A stretch of DNA of 64,000 nucleotides from Nitrosopumilaceae archaeon. Lineage in GTDB: Archaea; Thermoproteota; Nitrososphaeria; Nitrososphaerales; Nitrosopumilaceae. The first letter of the stretch is position 1; each line of letters begins with the position of its first letter. The DNA lies in the NCBI GenBank assembly GCA_965208905.1, contig OZ242365.1:1984001-2048000 (forward strand), written 5' to 3'. The translations under genes and the position numbers were made by a program. The notes under the pieces are model-generated. The model was not told the origin of the DNA and searched no databases. It worked only from the letters and a program-made list of their open reading frames with translations. Shown here piece by piece: positions 39,104 through 49,860 of the stretch.

Positions 39104-40067
39104 AGTATATGGCCATGATGGTTGCAGGTATAATTGAGGCCAACACTATAAGCAGAAAGGCGCTATAGTCGCCAGGTATAATGGCATCCACTCCAGGTAG
39201 GTATACATTCATGCCGTAGAATGTACCAATGACCGTGGCAGGAATTGCCAGGGCAAAAATTATTGTAAGAACAGCCAGTACCTTGTTGGTCTTTTCAGTA
39301 CTGAGCATAAAGTCCGTATCTTTGTATATATCCATGGTCTCTCGAGACTCTTCTAGCGTCTCAAGTACCTTATCAATATGATCTATGACATCATCAAAGT
39401 ATAGCTCCAATGACTTTTCGCTCTCGAATCGTTCAATATCATCAGATATGGAGTTAACCAAGTTTTTCAGTGGTCTTACCATCCTGCGCAATTTGTTGAT
39501 ATCACGACGCAGAAAGGATATTTCGCGCGCTACAGATATGGAATCATTAAACACCTGCTCTTCTAGGTCTTCTAAATTGGCAATTATCTTTCTAGACATG
39601 TGTAAGAGATCATCCACCAAGACATCAACGATATCATGAACCAAAAATCCTGTGGATTTTATACTACGACTTGTCTTTGGATCTTGACATGTCAAAATCA
39701 AGTCGTTGAGTGGTTGCAGATCACCTTGATGTATCGTAACTAGGTAATCAGAACCCACGAACATAGAGAGTTGTCCATAACCCATTCCGTTCTTACCATC
39801 TATTGGCGGAAAGCTTAGTATGACAAAAAAATGATCATCATAACTGTCCAATTTGGGAAGTTCAAATTTGGCTAAGCAGTCTTCCACATTGAGAGAATGA
39901 AAGCCAAACTCAGCAGCTAATGACTCCACATCCTCGCGCTGGGGGTTTAGCACATCAATCCATCGAAGTCCGTCTCCGGGTATGGTTTGAATTTTAGTCG
40001 GCAGATACTCTATTTTTTGATCCTGCCGTCCAGAGAACAGTCTCTTGGGGATAAAACCTCTCCTCAT
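39081..40067 (-). CDS. corA: CorA family Mg2+/Co2+ transporter
   Basis: YGMN signature between two C-terminal TM helices; WIDVLNP. Confidence 0.95.
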   Translation of the reverse strand: MRRGFIPKRLFSGRQDQKIEYLPTKIQTIPGDGLRWIDVLNPQREDVESLAAEFGFHSLNVEDCLAKFELPKLDSYDDHFFVILSFPPIDGKNGMGYGQLSMFVGSDYLVTIHQGDLQPLNDLILTCQDPKTSRSIKSTGFLVHDIVDVLVDDLLHMSRKIIANLEDLEEQVFNDSISVAREISFLRRDINKLRRMVRPLKNLVNSISDDIERFESEKSLELYFDDVIDHIDKVLETLEESRETMDIYKDTDFMLSTEKTNKVLAVLTIIFALAIPATVIGTFYGMNVYLPGVDAIIPGDYSAFLLIVLASIIPATIMAIYFRRLGWM

Positions 40068-40215
40068 TCATATAACATGAATATACATTCATATAATTTT
40101 GGCGAAAAAAGTGGCTGATTCTACTCATCTGTCAGAGTCTGGCTAATGGTTATAAGTGAACAAATCACATGCATGACAGAATCGCATAACAGCGTCCAAT
40201 TAAACCCGACACATA

Positions 40216-40329
40216 GGCGCACAATCTGAAAAACTAAAATCTCGCCAGTGGTGGACTAGTGGTGAATTTGGGGCGGGCGATACTGGCCGAAGCGGACTAA
40301 GATCGCCTAATATAGCCAAGTTATGTAAT
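40216..40329. repeat. structured intergenic element, second copy of 36583-36697
   Basis: Colinear from GGCGCACAA to GCCAAGTT(A/G)TG(T/C)AAT; differences almost all transitions. Confidence 0.6.
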
Positions 40330-40442
40330 GACAGATAAACTCTGTGGCCAGAAATAATACAACTATATCACATACGTCTTTGAGATCAGTATTACAGATA
40401 ATGCCAAGTTGTAATAACAAATGATTTAGACATGGATTAAAT

Positions 40443-41615
40443 CTATACGGTCTGAGGATCTTTTGTCTTAGATATGCGTTGCTCCAACGAGTCAGGCAGT
40501 GGCATCTCTAACAAATCCCCCATCCGTAATCGCTTCAAGCCTGCGGCCACATCTTTGGCCTGTTGTTCGTCACTAGCCAGACCCAGTATAGACATCAAGT
40601 AACCAGCTCCGGTCTTGCCAGACAGTTCTCCAAACACAATAGTACGCCTATTACCCACAACATTAGGCGGAATAGGCTCATATGCTGCCGGATTCCGCAA
40701 TATGGCTGCCAAATGTGTTCCAGCCTTGTGTTTGTATGCGGATGAGCCTACAATAGGTTTGGATTCAGGTATTGGAATCCCGGTATACAACTCTACATGT
40801 TTTGAGAGATCCCGTAGTTGGAATAGTTTAAAACGGTTAGGTGACTTGTAAAGTTTTGATATAACTACAGCAACTTCGGCCAAAGCTGGTATGCCAGTCC
40901 TCTCGCCAATACCATCTATTGTTGTATGTATCTGGGTAGCTCCAGCATCTATACCGGCCATGGCGTTAGCCAGTGCCAGACCCATATCGTTGTGCGTATG
41001 CACATCTAGTGGCGTATCAACAACATCGTGCACCATCCTGACAAAGTTTGCCATCCCCGATGGTCGCATCACACCTACAGTGTCCGGTAGACTAATTCTG
41101 TCCACTCCAACATCCCGTATGGCTTTACACATATCTCGAACAAAGTTAGGATCCGCCCGGGAACCATCTTCTAGAGTGAATCGTATCTTTAAACCATGAG
41201 CCTTTGCATACTCTATGGTCTCTACAGCCCGTCTCATCGCCTCCTCGGGAGTTATGCGTAGTTTATCCTTCAGGTGCACTTCAGATATTCCCAAGTATGC
41301 AGCACACCATGTTGCACCACAATCTATTGACACATCGATATCTTCCTTTAAAGATCTTCCGTGCGCAACTATATCAGCCTGTAGGCCCAACTTTATTATC
41401 GTCTTTGTAGCTTCACGATGATCCGGTGAGACAACCGGCGATATCTCAATTTGATCCACTCCAAAGCTGTCCAGTTCCCAGGCTATCTGAATTCGCTGTT
41501 TGTTTGTGAATGAAACGCCAGGGTGTTGCTCGCCTTCTCGTAGCGTGGTATCCAAGACACGTACGTGCTCAGGTCCATCTCCATTGTATTGTTCAGCGTA
41601 TACGTTGGGATTCAT
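40443..41615 (-). CDS. LeuA-family DRE-TIM synthase (isopropylmalate/homocitrate/citramalate)
   Basis: DTTLREGEQ, PDTVG, HTHNDMG, GIGERTG, HKAGTH; no C-terminal regulatory domain. Confidence 0.93.
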   Translation of the reverse strand: MNPNVYAEQYNGDGPEHVRVLDTTLREGEQHPGVSFTNKQRIQIAWELDSFGVDQIEISPVVSPDHREATKTIIKLGLQADIVAHGRSLKEDIDVSIDCGATWCAAYLGISEVHLKDKLRITPEEAMRRAVETIEYAKAHGLKIRFTLEDGSRADPNFVRDMCKAIRDVGVDRISLPDTVGVMRPSGMANFVRMVHDVVDTPLDVHTHNDMGLALANAMAGIDAGATQIHTTIDGIGERTGIPALAEVAVVISKLYKSPNRFKLFQLRDLSKHVELYTGIPIPESKPIVGSSAYKHKAGTHLAAILRNPAAYEPIPPNVVGNRRTIVFGELSGKTGAGYLMSILGLASDEQQAKDVAAGLKRLRMGDLLEMPLPDSLEQRISKTKDPQTV

Positions 41616-41933
41616 GTATGGAAAAAAATAATTAAACTGTTTATAAACTATGTGGATTTTACTAAACTATTTTGTTCAAAAAATTAACTAAAAAATACTA
41701 AAAAAATTATTTAGTAATAAAAATAATCATTAGACATCCGGAAGATCTGTCATGCGCTCTTGAAACTTTTCTATATACTCACAAGCAGGTTTGTAATGTA
41801 TAGCCATCCAAAGCCTATTGATTTTTTGTCAATTTTAGAGTGGCACCTAAACATAAAATCAGCTGTTTCAATTGGTTTTGGTAGAATCATATAATACATT
41901 ATAGATATGTGTTAAAAGATTTTCAGTGCAGCA

Positions 41934-44909
41934 TCACTCAGATAAAACTGATGGACAGATATTCCTGTATGGACAAAACATACACACACTCTTACTAGGT
42001 TTGGCAGTAAAGTCTTCGGCGATTATACTCTTAGCGGCCTCTTGTACTATCTCAAGGCCGCTTTGTAGTGACTGCTCATCTACCATATAGTCCCGAAATG
42101 TATCTTTTTCCAGATAGTAGAGTGAGACTTTGGTTGGCAATGAACCATACTTATCTTTGATAGCAGCTGCATAGATGTTGGTCTGTGGATGAGTTGTGAT
42201 CTCTTTTTTTGATATTATACTTTTGCCAGTCTTGAAGTCCACCACGATATAATTGCCGTCAGCATCAGTCTCAATCCTGTCTATTCTGCCCGTGTACGTT
42301 ATTTTGTCTATTATAATCTTAAACTTAACTTCGGAGCCAATCAGTGTATTTTTAGAACTGTCATTCCAAGCGACATAACGGTCTATTATATCATCCAATG
42401 TACTATAGACATTCTCAAATGTTGGTCTGTCATGCATGTAACGAACGGCATCCATCTTCTCTTTGACTTTAGTTTTAATCTTGGCGATATTAGGTTCACG
42501 TTTATCTAGTTGATCATTTGCCAGTTGCTCTATGGCGTCATGTATTATACTCCCTTTGGTCAGATGTATGGAGGGTTTTTGGGGTACCTTTAAGATTTCA
42601 CGATACTTGAACTGCAGTGGACATTTTTGATATGGCTCTATAGTAGTGGCAGACAGGGTCAGGTTGTTGCCATAAACTAATCGACCCTTGGGTTGCGGAG
42701 GTAGACCCATCCTGGGCATGTTCACATCTAAAAGCAGGCCAGGATCAAAACCATCATTGGTGCCGTTCTCTCTTAGATGTAACATTTCAGCCATATGTAG
42801 TACATTATGGATGGCCGCCCCCGGACGGGATTCACGTATGGCTTTACACGCATCTTCCTGAATGCGAAATATCTCTGCATCAAGTTCATCTTTGGGTGGC
42901 AGGCTGTTTTGTAGAGTTCCTACATGTTCTATTATATCGATATACGGATTGCTCCGAAAAGAGACATCATCCAAGAATACAGACGGCAGTCTCTCTTTTT
43001 TGGCGTCCTTGGCTTGTTTAGGATACGTCAGGTATAGCATATCTTTTGCCCTAGTCATTGCCACGTACAATAAATGCCGTTGCTCAAGCATGTACGCCTC
43101 TTCTAGGTCCCGTACTCGTCCTTTACCCTTCAATAATTCTTGTGGTATTTCAAATTCATCAGGTTTGTATTTGCCAGGTAGATTATCATCGTACAGGCCA
43201 GTCACAAAGACGACATCAAACTCTTTGCCCTTGCTCTTGTGTATGGTCATGATATTTATCGCATCAGCAGTGTCCACATAGTCATGTTCTCCATCACCCG
43301 TAGAGTCATCAGCAAGATCCAGATACGCTATAAAGTCTGACAGTCCAATGTTATAGTGCTTGGTGTAATCTTCTGCTATATGATATAGTCTATTTAGTAT
43401 GTTCACATTTCTGACAGAGTCCGCTGATTCAGTGTTGGCATTTTTTTTATAAACGTCTGTATACTCGATCATTATTTTGTATAACACCTCCAATACTGTT
43501 GCCGATTTTGCCTCATCTGCCAATCTGTGTAGTCGGGATCCAATCTCTTGAATTTCGGCATCCTGGTCCGAACCCGAATAGTCCTCAAGTATAGAGAATA
43601 CGCCATCGGTGGATTCATCTTTGTTGTAACGAGCTTTTGTATTCAAGGCGCGAATATTATGTTCGTATATGCCATCAATCTTTAGTATGTGGGATATCTC
43701 AAGTCCGGATGTGTGTGGCGAGTTAGCTATTTTGAGTAGAGATATTATTTGGGCAACCAATGTATTGTGTAGTATATTGCCAATACCCGCCAAAGTAGTG
43801 GGAATTCCATTATACCTAAGTGTCTCGGCAAATTTTTGACATTGCAGATTGGTTCTGCACAGTATGGCTATACTTTTGGATGATACGTCTAGCCCTTTGA
43901 TGGTATCTGCAACAAATTGATGCTCGGCCTCCTCGTTGAATGCGGCCACCACCATAACCGGCTCACCCTCGCCTTTTGTTACGTGCATATCTTTGAGTTT
44001 TGTTGCCGCATCTGCCTTCAACAGTTGAGTCGATACAGCAGATATATTATCAGAACATCTGTAGTTTTGAGTCAGCATGACAGAGTTCTGGTTCTTGTAT
44101 CTGTCAGTGAACTCTTCAAATATGCCACCAAAGGCTCCCTGAAAGCCCATTATGGATTGGTCTTCATCGCCTACAACTGTAATGTTGTCAGAGGTAGCAA
44201 GTAGACTTGCCAGCATAAACTGCGCATAGTTATTGTCCTGAAACTCATCAACCAAGACGTATCGAAATTTTTCCCCATAGTATTTCAGCATTTGAGAGTC
44301 TTGTTCTAAATATTTGACTGTCATTACCACCATATCCTCATAATCGATAAGATTCTTCTCTAGTTTGTATTTGTCATAAGCGCGATACACCTTTAGTAGT
44401 TCTTTGAGTTGTGGAGCATCGTTATCTTTGATATGCATCTCCAAGTCTTCATCAGATATCATCTCGCGTTTTGCCAAACGGATGGCATTTAGTATCTTTA
44501 AGCATGTCTTTTGGAGACTTCGGCTCAGATTTATTACGTCTTCATCAATATTCAGGCTCTCTATATTTCGATAACACCAAGCCAATCGGGCCATCTCACC
44601 AAATATTATAGTGTCATCGGATATGCTGGTTGTGATACTATTACTTTTTAGTATCTCCAGGCAGAGAGCATGCATCGTGCCAACCCAAACGTCACCCACA
44701 CCTTTTTCGTGTAGTCGCCGGCGCATCTCATCGGCGGCCTTGTCAGTAAACGTCATGCAGAGTATCGAATCCTGGGAAACACCCTGCTCCACTAGTGCGA
44801 CCACCTTTCCAACTATTACACGTGTCTTTCCAGAGCCCGGGCCGGCCTTTACCTGTAGTGGTCCATACAGATGTGAGACTGCAACTCTTTGGGAATCATC
44901 AAGTTCCAT
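41934..44909 (-). CDS. UvrD/PcrA SF1 helicase fused to PD-(D/E)xK nuclease with predicted Fe-S cluster (AdnAB-like)
   Basis: AGPGSGKT, DEFQD, VGDEDQSI, QNYR, TIHKSKGKEF, YVAMTRA; then CPLQF, GRIDRI, VVDFKTG, CMFCPYRNIC. Likely start MELDDSQ at 44909. Confidence 0.93.
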   Translation of the reverse strand: MELDDSQRVAVSHLYGPLQVKAGPGSGKTRVIVGKVVALVEQGVSQDSILCMTFTDKAADEMRRRLHEKGVGDVWVGTMHALCLEILKSNSITTSISDDTIIFGEMARLAWCYRNIESLNIDEDVINLSRSLQKTCLKILNAIRLAKREMISDEDLEMHIKDNDAPQLKELLKVYRAYDKYKLEKNLIDYEDMVVMTVKYLEQDSQMLKYYGEKFRYVLVDEFQDNNYAQFMLASLLATSDNITVVGDEDQSIMGFQGAFGGIFEEFTDRYKNQNSVMLTQNYRCSDNISAVSTQLLKADAATKLKDMHVTKGEGEPVMVVAAFNEEAEHQFVADTIKGLDVSSKSIAILCRTNLQCQKFAETLRYNGIPTTLAGIGNILHNTLVAQIISLLKIANSPHTSGLEISHILKIDGIYEHNIRALNTKARYNKDESTDGVFSILEDYSGSDQDAEIQEIGSRLHRLADEAKSATVLEVLYKIMIEYTDVYKKNANTESADSVRNVNILNRLYHIAEDYTKHYNIGLSDFIAYLDLADDSTGDGEHDYVDTADAINIMTIHKSKGKEFDVVFVTGLYDDNLPGKYKPDEFEIPQELLKGKGRVRDLEEAYMLEQRHLLYVAMTRAKDMLYLTYPKQAKDAKKERLPSVFLDDVSFRSNPYIDIIEHVGTLQNSLPPKDELDAEIFRIQEDACKAIRESRPGAAIHNVLHMAEMLHLRENGTNDGFDPGLLLDVNMPRMGLPPQPKGRLVYGNNLTLSATTIEPYQKCPLQFKYREILKVPQKPSIHLTKGSIIHDAIEQLANDQLDKREPNIAKIKTKVKEKMDAVRYMHDRPTFENVYSTLDDIIDRYVAWNDSSKNTLIGSEVKFKIIIDKITYTGRIDRIETDADGNYIVVDFKTGKSIISKKEITTHPQTNIYAAAIKDKYGSLPTKVSLYYLEKDTFRDYMVDEQSLQSGLEIVQEAAKSIIAEDFTAKPSKSVCMFCPYRNICPSVLSE

Positions 44910-45036
44910 CACATGGTGCTTAAAAAGACAGCATATTAAACACGTCGATGTGTAGTGTAGTAGCATCAAGAGTGTAGATACTAATTTCTTTACAACCAAT
45001 AGGTTTTTAAGGAAAGTATAATGCGATTAAGGCATA

Positions 45037-45201
45037 ATGAGTAGTAAAAAAAGTGCTCCGCTACCGGCATCAAGCGGCGGCTTGATGAGATTCTTTGAGG
45101 ATGAGACTAAGGGGTTTAAGGTTGATCCGCTCATAGTGGTCTCCATTCCAGTAAGTTTGATTACGGTATCATGGATGATACACATATTCCTGGCGCCCTG
45201 A
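45037..45201 (+). CDS. secG: preprotein translocase subunit Sec61beta/SecG
   Basis: Hand translation MSSKKSAPLPASSGGLMRFFEDETKGFKVDPLIVVSIP...; below the ORF-track cutoff. Confidence 0.92.
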   Translation: MSSKKSAPLPASSGGLMRFFEDETKGFKVDPLIVVSIPVSLITVSWMIHIFLAP

Positions 45202-45207
45202 CCTAAG

Positions 45208-46935
45208 ATGCAAACATCAACTGACGATGTATCAAAGCTGCAAGGGCGTTACTCCCTTACTCTGCTGACTCCTTCATCAAGATACTTTTCACTCTGTCTA
45301 TCCATAGGAATGGTAGGAGCGCTGGTAGTCATATCGACAGTATGGTATATGAACCTGCAAGAATATTGGCGCATAGGTGCGGCGATTGGAGTACTGCTGG
45401 TAACACAGTATGTTGACTCTAGATTTATCAAAAACAAAGAGTACTCAAAGGCGCTACACGCCTCGGCATTTGGATGTTGTGTTTGGATGTTATCTTTATT
45501 GATGGGAGTTGTGACATCAGCCATAACTGGAAAGGAGCTACAGTCTTTCTTTGTGGTGATGGGGATGTTGCTATTTGCTAGTTTTCGTATAGGGATATAC
45601 ACCACAGTGCTGGGATGCTCAATTGGTCGCGCGTGGGCCATCTGTCTGATACAGCCTCTGGCCATATTTGCTGTCATGATACCTCCAGACATGTGGGGGG
45701 CAGTATTGTCTGATCCCGCATCTTTAGGGTATGGTATTACATATTTGGGATGTGCCACGGCATGGTCGGTACTCACCGATCGCTCTGGGAGGCCTGACTT
45801 GAAGAGTACACATGTAATGGTGCAGGCATATGTAGCATCGCAGGGTGGTCGACAGCAAGACATAGAGAGCATGATGGAGGAGAGCTCAAACAAGTCAAGC
45901 GTGCGGACTACGCTTCTTCGGTTTGGTGGTACAGATGGGTTTGCGCTTGTATTTCCAGAGATACATCCAGGTCCATATCATCCCGTCGGAGGCAGCAACA
46001 TCACCTACAAAATATACGAAAAGTTAAACTCACGAGCCATGGTCATGCATACGATATCAGATCATGCACTCAATCTACCATCCCAGTTTCAAGTAGACGC
46101 ATACCTAAAGAGTCTTGACAGTATGCAGATACAAAATAGTGGAGACAGGTGCTCAGAGCCTGTTGTGATATACAAAGGCAAGACACGAGTGACAGGTATA
46201 GCTTTTGGGAAGAACCCCGTGTTGTTCATGTCCATGTCGCCATACGGTATGGAAGATTTGCCCAGTATAATCAAGACTGAATCAGACAAGTATGCTCAGG
46301 CGATGGGATTTGGTCATGTCATGTTGGTGGATTGCCATAATGCCATGGGTCCTGTAATACCAGACAAAGAGTTGGAGAATATGTTAGATGCGGCTAGAGA
46401 GTGTCTAGAGCAGTTAGCAAAGAAAGAGCAGTATCCATTTGAGGTGGGCTATAGTAACGCAGATGATACGAAGGTTCAATCTGAAGATATGGGTATGGCA
46501 GGGTTGGGCATGGCATGTATAAGACTTAATGATGCACGGTACTATATCGGATGGGCCGATGCAAACAATATGAATAATGGTACGCGGGAGAGAGTGGTTG
46601 CCGATTTTGCAAAGGCCAAACGCGACCTGTTGGAGGTGTGCACATCTGATACGCACTTTGCACCAGTTAAGGCAAAGAACAGTCAGGGATACTATCAACT
46701 TGGTTTAATGGCCGGTGATGAGAAGGTATCAGGATGGTTTCTGGAGATGGCCAAAAAAACAGATAAGGATGTATCTGCTAAAAAGTTTGACATATTCAGC
46801 AGTGATACTGAACTGTTACTGATGGGCTCAAAGATATTTGAGTCATATTCAAAGGCCATGGACAAGTCCATGAATCTGGTAAAGATATTCATGATTGGAT
46901 GTTCGGCACTGTTCCTGACTACTTTATTGATTTGA
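45208..46935 (+). CDS. DUF2070 family membrane protein
   Basis: Multi-TM N-terminus; IHPGPYHPVGGSN, VDCHN, DANN, TSDTH. Confidence 0.88.
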   Translation: MQTSTDDVSKLQGRYSLTLLTPSSRYFSLCLSIGMVGALVVISTVWYMNLQEYWRIGAAIGVLLVTQYVDSRFIKNKEYSKALHASAFGCCVWMLSLLMGVVTSAITGKELQSFFVVMGMLLFASFRIGIYTTVLGCSIGRAWAICLIQPLAIFAVMIPPDMWGAVLSDPASLGYGITYLGCATAWSVLTDRSGRPDLKSTHVMVQAYVASQGGRQQDIESMMEESSNKSSVRTTLLRFGGTDGFALVFPEIHPGPYHPVGGSNITYKIYEKLNSRAMVMHTISDHALNLPSQFQVDAYLKSLDSMQIQNSGDRCSEPVVIYKGKTRVTGIAFGKNPVLFMSMSPYGMEDLPSIIKTESDKYAQAMGFGHVMLVDCHNAMGPVIPDKELENMLDAARECLEQLAKKEQYPFEVGYSNADDTKVQSEDMGMAGLGMACIRLNDARYYIGWADANNMNNGTRERVVADFAKAKRDLLEVCTSDTHFAPVKAKNSQGYYQLGLMAGDEKVSGWFLEMAKKTDKDVSAKKFDIFSSDTELLLMGSKIFESYSKAMDKSMNLVKIFMIGCSALFLTTLLI

Positions 46936-47536
46936 TGTGTTCTATATTACCAAAGAAGTCTTCTGTGAATGATCTAAACTTCGATATCGGTATTATGGGA
47001 ACATCATGCATGGTAAAGCGTTCTTGATGTATTGTAACTATGACTGGTACGGCAGTCATTTTGTGAAGGGTGGTCCACTGTTCTGCCCGAAGGGTCTGTT
47101 TTGTTGCTACTGTATATGGCACATCTCGCCGCCAATGTTTACAGTCTATCAGTAAGGCAGTGTTCATCTTTATGCCAACAACATCAATCTCTGAGCGTGG
47201 ACTCTTCATCATGAGATTATATTGTACATCAAAACCCTCAGATTCAAGTATACGTCCGGTCAATCCCTCAAAGTCTCGCCAGTCAAGATATGTTGTCACA
47301 TCACGGATGGATATTCCTCTCTGTATGAGAATTATTCCGGCCTCCAATCGGCTACCTGTATTGTATACATAATTACAATCATCGCATACATCTCCGACTC
47401 CCCGCTGATGCCACCACTCCATCATGTTGATGGCAGAGTTTGTGGATACTTTTGTTGTGTCTGCAAACTCTTCGGACGATATCTTGCCCGGTACAATTCC
47501 ACCAAGGCTGGACAGTAAGTTTATGTCGGTTATCAT
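46919..47536 (-). CDS. Mrr-like restriction endonuclease domain protein
   Basis: DWRDFEGL, EIDVVG, LIDCKHW (PD-(D/E)xK). Confidence 0.8.
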   Translation of the reverse strand: MITDINLLSSLGGIVPGKISSEEFADTTKVSTNSAINMMEWWHQRGVGDVCDDCNYVYNTGSRLEAGIILIQRGISIRDVTTYLDWRDFEGLTGRILESEGFDVQYNLMMKSPRSEIDVVGIKMNTALLIDCKHWRRDVPYTVATKQTLRAEQWTTLHKMTAVPVIVTIHQERFTMHDVPIIPISKFRSFTEDFFGNIEHIKSIK

Positions 47537-47696
47537 GTGTGTGACAGTATGATTTTGGGTTTTATATCATTGTGGCGTACATCTAGCCAGACTCTACAAA
47601 TACAGGGTATCGCTTTTCCAAAGTCCAACTATCAATTGTACAATTAAAAGTAGTTTAGATCATAATATAACTTAGGAGTACTCACCGCACAAGAAC

Positions 47697-48740
47697 TCTA
47701 TTGTGCGGAAATTAGTTCGCCCTAACTTTAGACTGCCAACCAAAGAATATTTTAGTCTATATAGATCACGCAAACCCATGAGAGTCAATCTGACACAGAA
47801 GCAGATAGATTATATCATTCGACAATGCAGGAAAGGTAGTAGTACATCACACATTGCTACAGAGATGAAGATTAGCCAGAGACGCGTACAACAACTCTGG
47901 GCAATGTATCGTGCAACGGGCAAGATTCCCACACTACAAATGCCAGGCAGACCCAAGATTCCTCCCACCGAGGAGCAAACCAACGTCGTACTAGCAGCAC
48001 ATCGTATAATGCCAGCAGGCGTCACAAGGATCACCAAGTACTTAAATCACAAGGGCATACAAATAAGTGAAAAAACGGTATACACAATCATGAAAGAAAA
48101 CAATATGGTCACTCCATCTGCAGCAAAATCGCGCAGGCGTAAATGGATACGCTATGAGCGCAGATACTCCAATGCGATGTGGCATACGGACTGGCATGCG
48201 ATGAAAGATCCACGTTTTCAAGGCTACCAATTAATCACATATCTTGATGATGCGTCAAGATGTGTGGTTGGAGCCATGATATTCAAGGGGGCCACATCCG
48301 AGAACGCGGTAACAGTCCTGCAAAATAGCATTGTTGAGTTTGGAACCCCGGCCACCATACTCTCCGACAACGGATCGTGCTTTGTGGGTGTGAGAAGAAA
48401 GATTCCTGCAAAATCATGGACCCCCACTATATTTGAGGCAGAGCTGCTTGACCGGGGTATTGAGTTGATCAACACCCGCCCCTACCACCCACAAACAAAC
48501 GGCAAGCTTGAACGGTTCCACCGCACCTTGGAAGAAGAACTATGTCATTTTGGCAGCCTAGCGGAGTTTGTCGCGTACTACAACGAGGTGCGACTGCACT
48601 GGTCTTTAGACATAAACAATGGCGAGACCCCGCTACAGGCATTTCACAACAAAAAAGTACCAGATGATGTCAGGAAGAGTGACTTAGAATGGATGGAGAG
48701 GGACACCGATGACTAGGCGAAATAATTTCGACATAATACA
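47697..48740 (+). mobile_element. IS481-family insertion sequence
   Basis: Imperfect 26-bp TIRs TCTATTGTGCGGAAATTAGTTCGCCT and reverse complement TGTATTATGTCGAAATTATTTCGCCT; no target-site duplication seen. Confidence 0.9.
47778..48716 (+). CDS. IS481 DDE transposase
   Basis: HTH N-terminus; WHTDW, DDASR, SDNGS, PQTNGKLERFHRTL, YYNEVRLHWSL; likely start MRVNLTQ. Confidence 0.93.
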   Translation: MRVNLTQKQIDYIIRQCRKGSSTSHIATEMKISQRRVQQLWAMYRATGKIPTLQMPGRPKIPPTEEQTNVVLAAHRIMPAGVTRITKYLNHKGIQISEKTVYTIMKENNMVTPSAAKSRRRKWIRYERRYSNAMWHTDWHAMKDPRFQGYQLITYLDDASRCVVGAMIFKGATSENAVTVLQNSIVEFGTPATILSDNGSCFVGVRRKIPAKSWTPTIFEAELLDRGIELINTRPYHPQTNGKLERFHRTLEEELCHFGSLAEFVAYYNEVRLHWSLDINNGETPLQAFHNKKVPDDVRKSDLEWMERDTDD

Positions 48741-49222
48741 CCCATTATTGGTAACAAAAACCCTTAATTTATCGTCTAACACATGCATCAGTGTTTTCAC
48801 GCACGATCAACTTCAAAAAGCGAAACATCCACTCTAAGAGATTATGTATATTCGGACAAGACTGCGTCATCCGGTTCCTCTTGCAAGGACTGGTGGCTGT
48901 TCTAAATATGTCAGACCTAGACCACAATCCGGCCCAAGCCGGGAATGGGTAGGCAGTCTAGATGTATTTTGGACTAGTTTTTTACAAAGTCCCACCAGAG
49001 TTGGTCGGATCTTGGTATCTGATGTGTTGTAGGATGGCGTGAGGTGTGCCGTGCTGACGCTGGCAGATATCTTCAAGTACGCGTTGTGGGTGGCCGCGAT
49101 CGACAGCGTGACCATCCTGCGCGTCGCGACTGCCGGCGCGGACTTCCATATCGGCAGGCTTTTGCACCAGAACCCGGAGTTGGTGCGTGGCTTGCGGCGC
49201 GTGGCAAGACCAGACAGACCAG

Positions 49223-49860
49223 CTACAGCTCGAATGATACATGAAAGGTCGTACTTGCGGCAAGATTGTCCGAGTCGTCATACAACAGAATCAGATACTG
49301 GCCGGATGTGTGGTACCCGCCTACATACACACCAAAGAAGTCGTCCACAACCCACATGTCAGCCCACTCCACTACATCCCCAAAGTGATCCAACACAAAC
49401 ATCTCCAACCAACCGTTGTAGGACACCCAGTAAAAGCCGTCTAGGTAGACAAGATCTCCGGGAGAGTATTAGATTTCATCGGCAAATATCACCGCATCAT
49501 CCACGCCCGATATCTCAAATGAGTTGTCCTCCATCCAATCATGCTCATCATAAAGCCACACCGTGTATGTGCCGGCCGGATACAATCCAATGAAAAACTC
49601 CCCTATTACAACTTCGGTGCAAACCAGTATGACATCCGCCACATCGCCGTACTGGTAGGCCAGATAGAGAGACAGTAACTCTTCATGATCTCCTGCATAT
49701 ATCCCGTCGACCAGTATCACTCCCCCCTCCTTATACTGATTAAGATCTGTGAGTGTGGCCCCAATATGGTATTCGTCGGATACATCTTGATCCGGTTGTG
49801 AAATTGCAGGTTCGCCGCCCTGGTGGTCATTCAGGGTGAATTTTTCACCACGTGTAATGT
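49223..49860 (-). pseudogene. fragments of an acidic surface protein with repeated beta-rich domains
   Basis: Two similar segments (GLYPAGTYTVWLYDEHD / GYHTSGQYLILLYDDSD) split by a stop; no clear start. Confidence 0.4.

Noticed and set aside
19010-44909. Gabija system from the OLD-like nuclease plus the UvrD helicase
   Set aside because: The genes are over 21 kb apart, and the helicase is a nuclease fusion rather than a compact GajB.
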